From a virus (taxonomy: Duplodnaviria > Caudoviricetes): a DNA stretch of 52,754 bases. The stretch is taken from the IMG/VR virus record IMGVR_UViG_3300020450_000032, positions 1 to 52,754 of that record, one strand, 5' to 3'. Numbering within the stretch: the stretch's first letter is position 1; every line of letters starts with the position of its first letter. This document shows positions 1 to 10,466 of this stretch, piece after piece. Under the pieces are notes generated by a model that worked only from the letters and a program-made list of their open reading frames with translations, was not told the DNA's origin and searched no databases. A program made the position numbers and the translations under genes.

Positions 1-1799
1 AACTCAACGCCAGTTCCCTGACCACCAGAAGCAGATATCCCTGTATATGTCTGGTTTGCTTGTCCAACAATTGTTGTACCACTTTCATAATCTTTATTAT
101 CTTTCTCTTTTGCTACAGTTTGAACTGCACCAAATGTATGAGTAAAGATATTATTAGTGTTAGTTGCATCTTCTATAAAAGTAAATGCACCTAAACCATC
201 TTTACCAGCAGTCCTATCAAAACCAAAGAATCCATGCTTGATTTGAGATCCATTATGATAAGAATACTGAATACCACGATCCATTCCGTCATTAGAACCC
301 TGTGTAACAGTAATAAAATCACCTATCTCCATTGTTGCAGAGATACCAGAGTTTAATGTTAGAACTGTAAGTTCAAAACATGTCTGATCAGTAGAATCTT
401 TGTTAATTGTTACTGTAGTAGGAGTACCAGTGTTACCATCTGCTAATTCAGTTTCTTCGTAGAATGATGATTCTCTAAGAGTCAATGAAGCACTTAATGT
501 AATTCTAACAGTAGATCCTGTTTGTGAAACAAAAGTACCTAACTGTTCATATACACCACCTTTCTTATGGTAAATAACATCTCCATTACTTGCTCCACTA
601 ATTGAACCAGAAGTATGGAATACTACATCAATACCAGTAATTGTTCTACCGCCACTACCAACGTTAGTACCAGTTACTAATCCACCAGTAGCAATACCAG
701 AAGGATTATCAACATTAAATGTTGTACCGTTTGCTAGTGTCTGTGCTGTTAATGCTTTTTCAGAAGTAGTATCACCTATGTTAAATACAGGATCATTTAC
801 TGTCATCTGAGTAGAATTAACAGTTGTAGTTGTACCAGCAACTTGAAGATTACCTCTAATAACAAGGTCACCTGCAGCATCTCCATTGACTGGATCTGGA
901 TCTAATATAATTTGTGAACCAGCAGTTGTGGATATGGTATTACCATCCATTCTAAGGTTATCAACGTTTAACTGACCTGTTAAACTAGTAGTACCACTGT
1001 ATACGTTAGTTCCGTTGAAGGTAACAGCAGCATTAAATGTTGTCGTAGATTCAACAGTTAATGTATCCGTGCTTGATGTACCAACAGTAGCATCGTCATC
1101 AACTTTAAGTTCTTTAATCCATGCAACTTTATCAACACCTAAACCACCAGAGATTGCTACAGCAGCATTGGTTCTGTTTGTTGCCTCAGTTGTATCAGCA
1201 AATGTAACAGCAACGCCATTATCATATTGCCAATCAGCACCATCTACTCTTACCTTATCAAGTTGTGATTCATCATATCTAATTCCACTATCTCCATCAG
1301 AACCAAACTGAATCTTAAGATCATCATCAAGTCGAAGCTCAGGTGTGTTAGCACCAACTCGATCTAACCTTAAAACGTTTGCTACTTCATCAAACTTAAA
1401 TTCGATATCTCCAGTAGTACCAAATTCAAATTCTTGACCATCTTCTACTACAATCTTTCCTGCACCATTGGCACGAAAAATCATATCTTGGTCTGTAGTA
1501 TCAGTTTCAACTACATTACCATCTATATTAATATCATCTACTCTAAATCTATCTACTTTACTGTTGCTATCAACAATAACTCCAGAATCTGCAGTAAGAG
1601 TTCCATGAACATGATCTAACATGTCAGTGAAATACTTACCTCCAATTACTTGAACTGTAGTATTATTGTCACCAATGAAGATTCTATCTCCTCGGTTGAC
1701 CTGTGTACCAGTACCAACCGTTAAAGCTAATTCACCAAATTCTAAGGAACTAGGTACGGTTGTGCCAGTACTTCTTTTTACTAGGATGGTTGATGCCAT
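1..1799 (-). CDS. Tail fibre/virion structural protein, 3' end runs off the window
   Basis: Missing from the ORF track. ATG at 1799 overlaps the upstream stop (TGATG) and reads MASTILVKRSTGTTVPSSLEFGELALTVG..., a typical phage fibre N-terminus. The G/T/S-rich frame appears open to the window edge. Confidence 0.75.
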   Translation of the reverse strand, partial: MASTILVKRSTGTTVPSSLEFGELALTVGTGTQVNRGDRIFIGDNNTTVQVIGGKYFTDMLDHVHGTLTADSGVIVDSNSKVDRFRVDDINIDGNVVETDTTDQDMIFRANGAGKIVVEDGQEFEFGTTGDIEFKFDEVANVLRLDRVGANTPELRLDDDLKIQFGSDGDSGIRYDESQLDKVRVDGADWQYDNGVAVTFADTTEATNRTNAAVAISGGLGVDKVAWIKELKVDDDATVGTSSTDTLTVESTTTFNAAVTFNGTNVYSGTTSLTGQLNVDNLRMDGNTISTTAGSQIILDPDPVNGDAAGDLVIRGNLQVAGTTTTVNSTQMTVNDPVFNIGDTTSEKALTAQTLANGTTFNVDNPSGIATGGLVTGTNVGSGGRTITGIDVVFHTSGSISGASNGDVIYHKKGGVYEQLGTFVSQTGSTVRITLSASLTLRESSFYEETELADGNTGTPTTVTINKDSTDQTCFELTVLTLNSGISATMEIGDFITVTQGSNDGMDRGIQYSYHNGSQIKHGFFGFDRTAGKDGLGAFTFIEDATNTNNIFTHTFGAVQTVAKEKDNKDYESGTTIVGQANQTYTGISASGGQGTGVE

Positions 1800-2008
1800 C
1801 AGAAGCTACCCCCGTTGACTGTTACGTGATTAAGAACATTTGTTGTTTGAAATTTCTGACTCGCAGAGTCATATACTAAAACATAACCATTAGCAAGTCC
1901 AACTGTACTTGTATCAACGTCAGCAAGGTTTTGTAGGGTTGCTGCACCACCTATGGCGATTCGAGATACCTGTGGAGATACCTGATCTCCAAACCTAACT
2001 CTAGTCAT
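1799..2008 (-). CDS. Small structural protein (LxxLxDVD...NGxVLVYD fibre-type motif)
   Basis: 69 aa with LQNLADVD...NGYVLVYDSASQKF; overlaps both neighbours. Confidence 0.7.
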   Translation of the reverse strand: MTRVRFGDQVSPQVSRIAIGGAATLQNLADVDTSTVGLANGYVLVYDSASQKFQTTNVLNHVTVNGGSF

Positions 2009-2343
2009 ACTGTTACTCCTTCTACGATAGTTATTACACCCTCCAGAATTCTGGATTTTACATTCTGAGCTGATGTTACCACAACGTCATAAACATATTT
2101 ACCAGGAGTCATTGCTGCTGTTGTAGCATTACCTAAAGATATAGTAATAGCACCAGAAGTTACTGGAGGTACAATTAGTACTCCAAAATCTGTTGAGGTA
2201 TTACTTGTATAGTGCTTTTTTATCTTTCCTGCAGCTGAGAAACCAGTCAAGTCAAAACTTGATCCGTTATCTTCAGTTACATAGAAAGTATTTGTAAAAT
2301 CAGCACCTTGATAAGCAATTAAATTAGTTACTGCAGCTAGCAT
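2005..2343 (-). CDS. BppU-like/Ig-like baseplate-associated protein
   Basis: QGADF...DLTG...GKYVYDV...RILEG pattern; late promoter just upstream. Confidence 0.65.
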   Translation of the reverse strand: MLAAVTNLIAYQGADFTNTFYVTEDNGSSFDLTGFSAAGKIKKHYTSNTSTDFGVLIVPPVTSGAITISLGNATTAAMTPGKYVYDVVVTSAQNVKSRILEGVITIVEGVTV

Positions 2344-2357
2344 TACTTATTCCTACA

Positions 2358-2579
2358 TCATTTTGTATTTATACCAGTTGTCAATTTAACTAACAACTGT
2401 TTAATTTCTGAAATTTCTGACTCCAATTGAGATAATCTATCTCTATCTAATTGTCTTTGATTACGTTGAGATATGTATTTGTCATATTCACTACGATCAG
2501 TATTTACTATTGCTCCTGTAATAGGATCACGTGCTAGATTTGGATTACCATCTACTGGTATTAAGCGAGAGCTATGCAT
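2358..2579 (-). CDS. Conserved T4-like phage small coiled-coil protein
   Basis: V-x-G-x-x-x-L-x-RD-x-x-TGAI-x-N followed by a coiled coil; usual position after the VrlC-type gene. Confidence 0.75.
   Translation of the reverse strand: MHSSRLIPVDGNPNLARDPITGAIVNTDRSEYDKYISQRNQRQLDRDRLSQLESEISEIKQLLVKLTTGINTK
2366..2373 (-). promoter_or_regulatory. T4-type late promoter TATAAATA
   Basis: Exact TATAAATA 22 nt upstream of the 2343 start. Confidence 0.75.
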
Positions 2580-5500
2580 CTTAAATCTTTAATAATAGGT
2601 ACAATAGCAGCATTACGAGATCTCATTCTAATTTTAATTTGATACTGTGTAAATTGTTGAACTGAATCTTTTTGATAAGTATAATCAATAAAATTAAATT
2701 CATTTTTACTATTACTATAATTGGTAGAAGTTACATTCTCCCATTGTTGATCCTCTGGACTAGTTTCATCACCTGTTAGTAATTTAACATAAAGATCAAT
2801 ATCAGTTTCTGATGAATTATATGCAGCAAAATCTACTCTTAGTGCAGTGCATTCATTAGCAACTGTTATTAATTTAGTGATATAATTTGCACCATTAAAA
2901 TCTTGCTTTGGACTTGAACCAATATCATAATCACTATCATCATTAAAGAAGAACTCTTTATCAAAAGTTCCATCAAAATCAGTGACCCTATTTCCAGTAG
3001 TCACAATACTCATTCTGTCTTGATCTATTACAGGACTTAAATTATCTTTTGAACTAGAAAGTGTAAATTGTAATTGTCCAGATTTAGAACCAACCATCTG
3101 CTTTTCTTCATTAATAGCAGATGCAATAAGTTTAGGTACAATATAGTAATTATGTTCATTTAATGCAACAGGACTAAATTCAGAATCTCTTTTATAAGAT
3201 CTCTCGGTTGGAACAGCAGCTGCTGCAGGTTTACTGTAATTAGATGTTCCTATTGATGATCCACTAGTGCTTCTAAATGTAGCATCTACAGCAGTGCCAG
3301 GTAACTCTCTATAACCTATTAAAGGCATCATTTGATGATATGCAACATTCTTACTTGCAAATACTTGATTACCACCAAATGTAGTATTAGTAGTAGAAAG
3401 AGTCCTTGGTAAGGAACTTAAATCAATTTGATAACTATCAAGAGTTATATACTCTAATTGATTATGGACTTTATTGATTTCTGTTAATGGTATTCCATTA
3501 ACTACATAATGTTCTACTTGCCATCCAGAATCTTTTTTAAATCCACTACTTGGTGCTTCACCTTCTACCAATGCAATAGTAGAAATTGTATATTGATTAT
3601 TAAGTTGATTACTAACACCAGTTAATGGATTATAACTATAAACACAATCTCCTATTTTTACAAAAGCAGGATTTGAATTTGATGGTAATAATCCTTTAAT
3701 AGGATTAGTAAACGTTACGGTTACAGTATCAGAAGTGAGAGCTGCTGCACTTATGGTGATTGTTGTTCCGTTAATATCTGTTACTCTAGTATTGGCAGCA
3801 AAATCATTACCACTAGCAGTAGTAACAATATCTCCAACTTTTAAATTAGCGTTACTAGTAACGCTAAACGTGGTTGAGGCACCTAACACTACACCTGATT
3901 GGTCTGTTGCTAAGTATTTAAATCCGTCATATGATCCTGTTAAAGTTATTGCTGATCCTGCAGCACCATTATAATCAGCGTCTAAATCAGCAAGAATCTC
4001 ACTACTTACACCCTTTAACTGCACATAAGATGCTGAATCATACATTCCATGATTCTTATGATAGACCTTCATTCTACCATTATTAACAGTCAGTTCAATA
4101 GGATCTCTTCTTAATTTACTATAAAATAGATTTCCACTAGTATCTACATTCATAGTAATACTAGGAGTTTCATTTATATTGAATTTTGCTCTAAATATCT
4201 TAAATTTCATATCTTGCATTTCTGCAGTTGTCCATGTAGATGCGTTTTGTGATTTAAATAAAACACCTGCATATGGTTGTTTAGATATTCTCTCTCCAGT
4301 TAAATCATCTTTACCCATTTCAGATAACCAAACTTTATATTCAACTGAAGATGTCAATAAAGCAAAACAGTATTCTTTTCTTTCTGTTAAGTAGACAGGA
4401 GTTTTAAATACAAAACTAGTTGCAGTTAGAGCATCATCTGATATACTAACATTAGATGGATCTAAGTTTACAGTACCTAATATTGTAGGAGAAGGATAAC
4501 CATTAACCATCTCTCTAATTTGCATTGTCACAGGTAATGCAGTATCTTTTGTATTGAAGAAAACATCAATCTTAGATATAAAACATCCACCTGCCTCTTC
4601 AATCAAGAATGACTGTGCAAGAGGATCATACCAACCACCTGCTCTAGTTTGAGTTGATGAAGTTGTTATTGTTCTAGTATCAGATACTGTATCATGTACA
4701 ATATCAGCATTTCTTACTAAAAGTACATCACTTTGTTTAGTTAATATAGTACCATTTGCACTATATGTTCCTTCAGCAGAACTGTCAGCATCGCCAGGAA
4801 CTAATGAATTAGATGGACTATCAGTTAATCTAACAATAGATTCTCCAGTTTTCCATCTTGGATTAGCATCATCGTTTGGATCAGGGATATAAATACTTGC
4901 TCTTAAATTACCTTTATCGTCAGCAATAAGATGTTTTTTAGTTACAGTAGCAGTAGCACCACTAGTTACACCAGAAATAATATCTCCTTCTAAAAGATAA
5001 CCACCCCTTAAATCTCCATCTAATTTTTGCATAGATGATATATTTAAGTTAAGGAAAGTAGATGTAGTGCTATATGCAGTAGCTGTAATTGTATTACCAG
5101 TATATGGGTCTACAGTATACTTCTTACCAAGACCATCAATTTCTTCTTGAGGTTCTCTTAACTGACATCTAAATTTTCTATTAACATTACCAGTTACTAC
5201 TATATCTTCATTAGTAGAAAATGCTACTGATCCAGCAGTCATAGAAATTTCAATTATTTTAGGTGTTGTGAATGAAGAAATATCTTTTCCATCTAAAAAT
5301 GGATACACTCTAATATTTGGTTTCAATCTATATCCAGTAATAGAGAAGTTTCTAGATCTCTTAAAATGAGCATATTTTGTATCAACAACTCTATCTCCAA
5401 GTACTTTTCTATCAACACGTGGTGTTACAAATGCTCTTACACCACTTCTAGATTGATCAGAAATTGTTGTAGTTGTTGTTTCAGTAACTTTTCTAATATA

Positions 5501-8500
5501 TGGATGTTGATTACGTCTCTCTGTACGTGTATTGCTACTTGAAGAACTACTTGTCCATTGTGTTTCCCATGAGTTCCATTCTGTAGGACCAAAACCAGTA
5601 TTAGGATCTATATTTAAATTACGTTGTACAGCAGCAAAATCTCCTTCTACATCTGTTAATGATTCTGGTAAACGTTCTTCATCTATCCAGTCATCAGATG
5701 CTGGAAATACATTCATTAAACCAACCCATGATACCACCGCAAATGGGTTAACATTTTCTAATACACAAGCGTATGGTTGCTCAACTAATAATTGATCAGT
5801 ATAATTAAGCATTAACAAATCACCTTTCATGTAATTTGTAGGTTCAGTATCATAAACTAAAGTGCTATTAGTAGTATAATGTTGTGGTCTTAATTCACCC
5901 AAAGATGTATCCATAGAACACTTATAGTTTGGATGAATAGGATTACCAATCATATGTGAAGAGAAGTTATCTACTAAGAAACCATTCTTCAATCTATTGT
6001 TACCACTACCATCATCAACAAATAAGTTTTTAGTATCAGTTTCTAATAAACTTAATTGTGTATAATATTCTATATTTTGAATTCTATTTTCAAGACCACC
6101 AATATCTTTCATGGTGTATCTTCTTTGGAAATGTCTCTTTATTTTAACGTCATTTAAATCTCTGATATATGGAGGCATTTGAATAGTCAAAACCTTCATT
6201 GCATTAGCAAGTGAATCTGAAGGTTTTTCTGGATTTAAACTAGGAATACCTTTTTTATTAATAAAATCACCATTTTTATCAAGATATAAATCATCAGTTC
6301 TTGCTAAGTAATATTCAAGATCACCATCAGTAGTACCACTAGGTAATAAAAATATACCAGTTTGAGTGAAGTCAGTATTTGCAAAAGTGCCACTAGGAGA
6401 TGTCAAAGATGTTCCAGAAACAATAGTTCCTGTATTGATAGTGTATACAGCATCAATCTCACCATTCCCATTTAAGATAGGGTCAGCATCAATTCTCCAA
6501 TCAAGAACATCACTTAAATAACAAGTTTCACCACCATACTCATAACTAGGAATATTATCAAAATCAGCATCATAATAGGATTCTCTACTAGCAAATACTC
6601 CATCATTATTAACTGTCTCAAAATGATCAAAAATAACTACAAGTTTACTAGTTTCTGATATAGAACTATCAGGAGAAACTTTTACCAACCTACCATAATT
6701 AAATGCTTGATCTCTTTGACCATCATCTAAAACATATCTGTCTTTAATATTTGGTAAACCATGATTATTAATTGTGTTTATAGATCTTTCTGCAGAACTA
6801 TTATATCCAAATAAAGTTTCATTAGCAATAAAGTTTGTATTACTTAAATAAACGAAAAATAATTCATTACCTGATTGTTTAATTACTCTTCCCTTTGACC
6901 CACTAGTTCTACCAACTATTACTTCTCCAACTTCAAAAGAAGTTGTTGCTGAAGATGATTGTAAAGTAACTTTAGGTACAACAGATGTTGATACTGTAGT
7001 GCTAACAGGTGTATTGTAGATTGCATGTATTTTAGAAACTTTAGTAGTACCAAGAGATAATATCTCATTATTAAGTGGATATACAGCATTATTAGTTAAT
7101 TCAATACATCTCATTTTCTTGTGTGAAATAAGATGTTGAGTTGGCGTATCAATTTTTTGAGGTCCTATTACTACAAATTGCTGACCTGCATTACCTACTT
7201 GTGCTGTTAATGTTCCACCAGTAACACCTATAGAAGACATAGAAACACTTACACCAGCAGCACCTTGTATTGCCACTGTATAATCATCTTGATTAGTAGA
7301 GAAATAATTTCCAGAACTTGAAAGTATACCACTACCATCAATGGAACCAGTTTTAATAGTTTGAACTGATTGAACTTTAGTATCAGTAACTGTTTTTATA
7401 CTACGACCTTCACTAACCTTAAAGAATAAAGGTTTTGGCGTACCCATAATTTTATTAATAGGATAGTTACTACCACCAGAAACAGTATCATTAGTCCAAT
7501 TTATAACACCACCAATGTTTATTTTACCATTTACTAAAGTTTGAATGCTTTTATCAGCAGAAATAAATGTAATATTTACTAATCTAATTAATGTTTTCTG
7601 ACTAGTTCCACCTATTTTAACATCTTCATGAGCAACAAATACTGCATATCCAACTACATTATTACCAGAATCTAGTAAAGCAACTTTAGTTGCTCCAGTT
7701 AAATTATCTTGAATTTGAGATCTTGTTAAGAATCCATTATTAGTTGTAGTACTTAATACAAATTCTGTACCTCTACCATCTGTTGGAATTGTTGAGTTAT
7801 TTACTAACTCAGTAGTTCTTGGTTTTTCTATGTCTACATGAGTTGTTTGTAAATTCTCTAACTCATAACCACGAACATATGATTTACCTGGTGATACTGA
7901 TATTTCAAATAAATCTTTAGTTGGTGTATTATCATCATCTGTTGTAGTATTAACTTCAAATATACCATTGTTTACACCGTTATTTAAACACTCATTTTTA
8001 GTGAAATCATAAGGTCGTACTTCATAATCTCCAGATTCATCATATGTTCTTCTTGCAAGAATGTCCTCTATATTTGATGTTTGTCTATCTTGTCCTAAAT
8101 TTTTAGTATATCCTTCATCTAAACGTAAAAGTTCAATAAAATCAGTAGCAGATGTATCAGTTAAAGATTTCTTAGATAAAATTGCCTTTAATTTTAATCT
8201 ATGTGCACCAGGTGCAGAATAGTTAGAATATCCTTGAGATGGATCTGTTAGTGATGTATCTTCCTCTGGAGTTACAATTTCTTCTAGAATTTGTAGTCCA
8301 ACTTTGTATGAAGGAGTTGTACCAAATTGATCAAGTACAATTTCTTGCTCTTCGACTTTTACAAAATGACCTTTAGTAAAATATACACCTTCAGTAATTT
8401 TAGCAGAAGAACCTGTATAGTTAGAACTAGTACTAACACACTTAGCAAAGTCAGTATTTTCCTGTATAACTGTAGTTCCAATGCTAAAAGAATCTTGTGC

Positions 8501-8974
8501 TAGTAAAATTTCATCATCAGCAAATGATCCACTAGTATTAGAATTACCAGCAGATGTATATTTTACATATAAAGTTGTCTTACTCTTTTCTGACTGTTCA
8601 GATGTTAATGCATTAACTACTTTTGCCTTAACCCCTGTTGTATTACCAATAATAGTTTGTCCTACAATGTAAGGTGTAGATGAACCTGTAGGTGTAGCAA
8701 CCAAAGCATTACTTGGTATACCAAAATATTCTTCCTCTATTAATATTGCAGTATATTGTAAATCAAAACCTACTTGACCAGGTACTACCTGATCTCCTTC
8801 TTTATAAACACTCTTTCCAAACTTTTCTATCTGATCTTGTAAAATAGATTGTGCTTGTGTAAGTTCTCTAGCCTGAAGTGGGTATCCAGGACGAAATAGT
8901 ACCCTATAAAAATTTTTATCAGGGTCAAAATCCTCAAAGTATGGAGGTGTATTAAGATCTGTTGACTGAGGCAT
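2561..8974 (-). CDS. VrlC-like/DUF4815 large virion structural protein
   Basis: 2137 aa; N-terminal PYFEDFD...VLFRPG-PLQARELTQ-QS, ARRTYDESGDY, RRYTMKDIG-LE-RI, GFLVDNF and DPLAQSF motifs. Confidence 0.85.
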   Translation of the reverse strand: MPQSTDLNTPPYFEDFDPDKNFYRVLFRPGYPLQARELTQAQSILQDQIEKFGKSVYKEGDQVVPGQVGFDLQYTAILIEEEYFGIPSNALVATPTGSSTPYIVGQTIIGNTTGVKAKVVNALTSEQSEKSKTTLYVKYTSAGNSNTSGSFADDEILLAQDSFSIGTTVIQENTDFAKCVSTSSNYTGSSAKITEGVYFTKGHFVKVEEQEIVLDQFGTTPSYKVGLQILEEIVTPEEDTSLTDPSQGYSNYSAPGAHRLKLKAILSKKSLTDTSATDFIELLRLDEGYTKNLGQDRQTSNIEDILARRTYDESGDYEVRPYDFTKNECLNNGVNNGIFEVNTTTDDDNTPTKDLFEISVSPGKSYVRGYELENLQTTHVDIEKPRTTELVNNSTIPTDGRGTEFVLSTTTNNGFLTRSQIQDNLTGATKVALLDSGNNVVGYAVFVAHEDVKIGGTSQKTLIRLVNITFISADKSIQTLVNGKINIGGVINWTNDTVSGGSNYPINKIMGTPKPLFFKVSEGRSIKTVTDTKVQSVQTIKTGSIDGSGILSSSGNYFSTNQDDYTVAIQGAAGVSVSMSSIGVTGGTLTAQVGNAGQQFVVIGPQKIDTPTQHLISHKKMRCIELTNNAVYPLNNEILSLGTTKVSKIHAIYNTPVSTTVSTSVVPKVTLQSSSATTSFEVGEVIVGRTSGSKGRVIKQSGNELFFVYLSNTNFIANETLFGYNSSAERSINTINNHGLPNIKDRYVLDDGQRDQAFNYGRLVKVSPDSSISETSKLVVIFDHFETVNNDGVFASRESYYDADFDNIPSYEYGGETCYLSDVLDWRIDADPILNGNGEIDAVYTINTGTIVSGTSLTSPSGTFANTDFTQTGIFLLPSGTTDGDLEYYLARTDDLYLDKNGDFINKKGIPSLNPEKPSDSLANAMKVLTIQMPPYIRDLNDVKIKRHFQRRYTMKDIGGLENRIQNIEYYTQLSLLETDTKNLFVDDGSGNNRLKNGFLVDNFSSHMIGNPIHPNYKCSMDTSLGELRPQHYTTNSTLVYDTEPTNYMKGDLLMLNYTDQLLVEQPYACVLENVNPFAVVSWVGLMNVFPASDDWIDEERLPESLTDVEGDFAAVQRNLNIDPNTGFGPTEWNSWETQWTSSSSSSNTRTERRNQHPYIRKVTETTTTTISDQSRSGVRAFVTPRVDRKVLGDRVVDTKYAHFKRSRNFSITGYRLKPNIRVYPFLDGKDISSFTTPKIIEISMTAGSVAFSTNEDIVVTGNVNRKFRCQLREPQEEIDGLGKKYTVDPYTGNTITATAYSTTSTFLNLNISSMQKLDGDLRGGYLLEGDIISGVTSGATATVTKKHLIADDKGNLRASIYIPDPNDDANPRWKTGESIVRLTDSPSNSLVPGDADSSAEGTYSANGTILTKQSDVLLVRNADIVHDTVSDTRTITTSSTQTRAGGWYDPLAQSFLIEEAGGCFISKIDVFFNTKDTALPVTMQIREMVNGYPSPTILGTVNLDPSNVSISDDALTATSFVFKTPVYLTERKEYCFALLTSSVEYKVWLSEMGKDDLTGERISKQPYAGVLFKSQNASTWTTAEMQDMKFKIFRAKFNINETPSITMNVDTSGNLFYSKLRRDPIELTVNNGRMKVYHKNHGMYDSASYVQLKGVSSEILADLDADYNGAAGSAITLTGSYDGFKYLATDQSGVVLGASTTFSVTSNANLKVGDIVTTASGNDFAANTRVTDINGTTITISAAALTSDTVTVTFTNPIKGLLPSNSNPAFVKIGDCVYSYNPLTGVSNQLNNQYTISTIALVEGEAPSSGFKKDSGWQVEHYVVNGIPLTEINKVHNQLEYITLDSYQIDLSSLPRTLSTTNTTFGGNQVFASKNVAYHQMMPLIGYRELPGTAVDATFRSTSGSSIGTSNYSKPAAAAVPTERSYKRDSEFSPVALNEHNYYIVPKLIASAINEEKQMVGSKSGQLQFTLSSSKDNLSPVIDQDRMSIVTTGNRVTDFDGTFDKEFFFNDDSDYDIGSSPKQDFNGANYITKLITVANECTALRVDFAAYNSSETDIDLYVKLLTGDETSPEDQQWENVTSTNYSNSKNEFNFIDYTYQKDSVQQFTQYQIKIRMRSRNAAIVPIIKDLRCIALA

Positions 8975-8975
8975 T

Positions 8976-10436
8976 TTAGAACTCTAGGATAATCTTAAAA
9001 TCTTCTGTTTGGTCTTCGGCTCTCGAAATTGTAGCCCTATTATCTATGTAGATGACTTCACCAGAACCTCTTGTTAGTTCTGAATCTTTTACTGCTGTTG
9101 AAGCATCAGAGTCAATAGTTTTTTGCTCTACACTTCCACCTGCAGGAACAATATTAATATTCTCACCAGCAGCAAAATTAGGTTTTGTACCTGTACTAGT
9201 TAGACCATATTCTAATTCGTTTTCTTGTGAATAATATATTGTATGAATAGTACCAGAAGTTTCATAATGTATAATTCTTCCACCAGCACCACTAGTAATA
9301 CCAGTTATTTTGGCATCATCATAATAACCATCAGTAGATGTAGATAATGCTGAAGTTATCTTAAGTTGCTTTGTACCAACTGCAATACCAGAAGATGTAC
9401 TTACAATTGGATTATAAAGTAATCCAACAACACGAAAATCATTACCAAAGAGGAAATCATCCTTTTCCAATTTGGCATGCATTGCTATTCTATATGCACC
9501 TAATTCTCTACCTATCTGTTGTCCTAGTCCTTCTTTACCTGTAATGATTGGTTTTAATATTCCATTTGAACCAGTAGATAAATTAACTTGACCAAATGTA
9601 TAACCCTGACCAGGATTAACTACCTTAACTCCAGTTATACCACCACTTTGATTAGTAGATGTAATTCTAATTTTACCATTAGTACCATCACCTACAATAT
9701 CAAACTCAGTGTTTGCTAAGTATCCTGTACCTGCAGCATCTATTAATACATTATAAATTGAACCACCATAGTTAGCAGCTGGTGCTATTACATTTGATTG
9801 ATCTATTGCACTATCCTCTGGAATAGGAACATACTCATCAGTTTTAAACTTTTCAAAATCATTTGCATTTACAGTGAACATATACTTCCAAATATACCCA
9901 TCAGGTAAAGTAAAGGGTGCACTAGAAGTAGATGTTGGTTCTGAAGTAGATTCTCCGTTACCATTATTATCTAAACACTTATAAACTTTATATTCTGAAG
10001 TTACAACATAAAAATTAGTTTCATATAAATGTTGTTCAAAATTATTTGATTGAACATATGTTTTCACATTACCAACAACATTAGTGACATCACCATAATC
10101 ATGACGATATATGTCATAAACTGATCCAGATGACCATTTATTATTTCTAATAACTGAACGCATCTCAGCAGAAGTAACTCTTTTTAAACCAATTATTTGA
10201 TCATATATCTTAAATTGTTGACTCTGATTATCAACAGGATCATTTGCTACATTAGTCGGAGTACCATCAAACTCCGTCCAAGTAGTTGCTTTCGCAAAAA
10301 ACAACCATACCTCTGCTAATGCAGATGCAGGAAGTGCTGAAACACCTGTTATACCAGGTATCTCTTTAAGAGCAATAGCATCTTTGAACTTCTCAGCAAA
10401 TACTACTCTAAATTTATCAGTTAAAATCGCTGCCAT
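8976..10436 (-). CDS. gp8: Baseplate wedge subunit gp8
   Basis: FYVVTSEYKVYKCLDNN, DGYIWKYMF and SGEVIYIDNR...QTEDFKIILEF motifs; follows gp7. Confidence 0.9.
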   Translation of the reverse strand: MAAILTDKFRVVFAEKFKDAIALKEIPGITGVSALPASALAEVWLFFAKATTWTEFDGTPTNVANDPVDNQSQQFKIYDQIIGLKRVTSAEMRSVIRNNKWSSGSVYDIYRHDYGDVTNVVGNVKTYVQSNNFEQHLYETNFYVVTSEYKVYKCLDNNGNGESTSEPTSTSSAPFTLPDGYIWKYMFTVNANDFEKFKTDEYVPIPEDSAIDQSNVIAPAANYGGSIYNVLIDAAGTGYLANTEFDIVGDGTNGKIRITSTNQSGGITGVKVVNPGQGYTFGQVNLSTGSNGILKPIITGKEGLGQQIGRELGAYRIAMHAKLEKDDFLFGNDFRVVGLLYNPIVSTSSGIAVGTKQLKITSALSTSTDGYYDDAKITGITSGAGGRIIHYETSGTIHTIYYSQENELEYGLTSTGTKPNFAAGENINIVPAGGSVEQKTIDSDASTAVKDSELTRGSGEVIYIDNRATISRAEDQTEDFKIILEF

Positions 10437-10455
10437 TGTCTGACGGTTTTCTTTT

Positions 10456-10463
10456 TATTTATA
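10456..10463 (-). promoter_or_regulatory. T4-type late promoter TATAAATA
   Basis: Exact motif in the 30-bp gap upstream of gp8. Confidence 0.8.
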
Positions 10464-10466
10464 GGA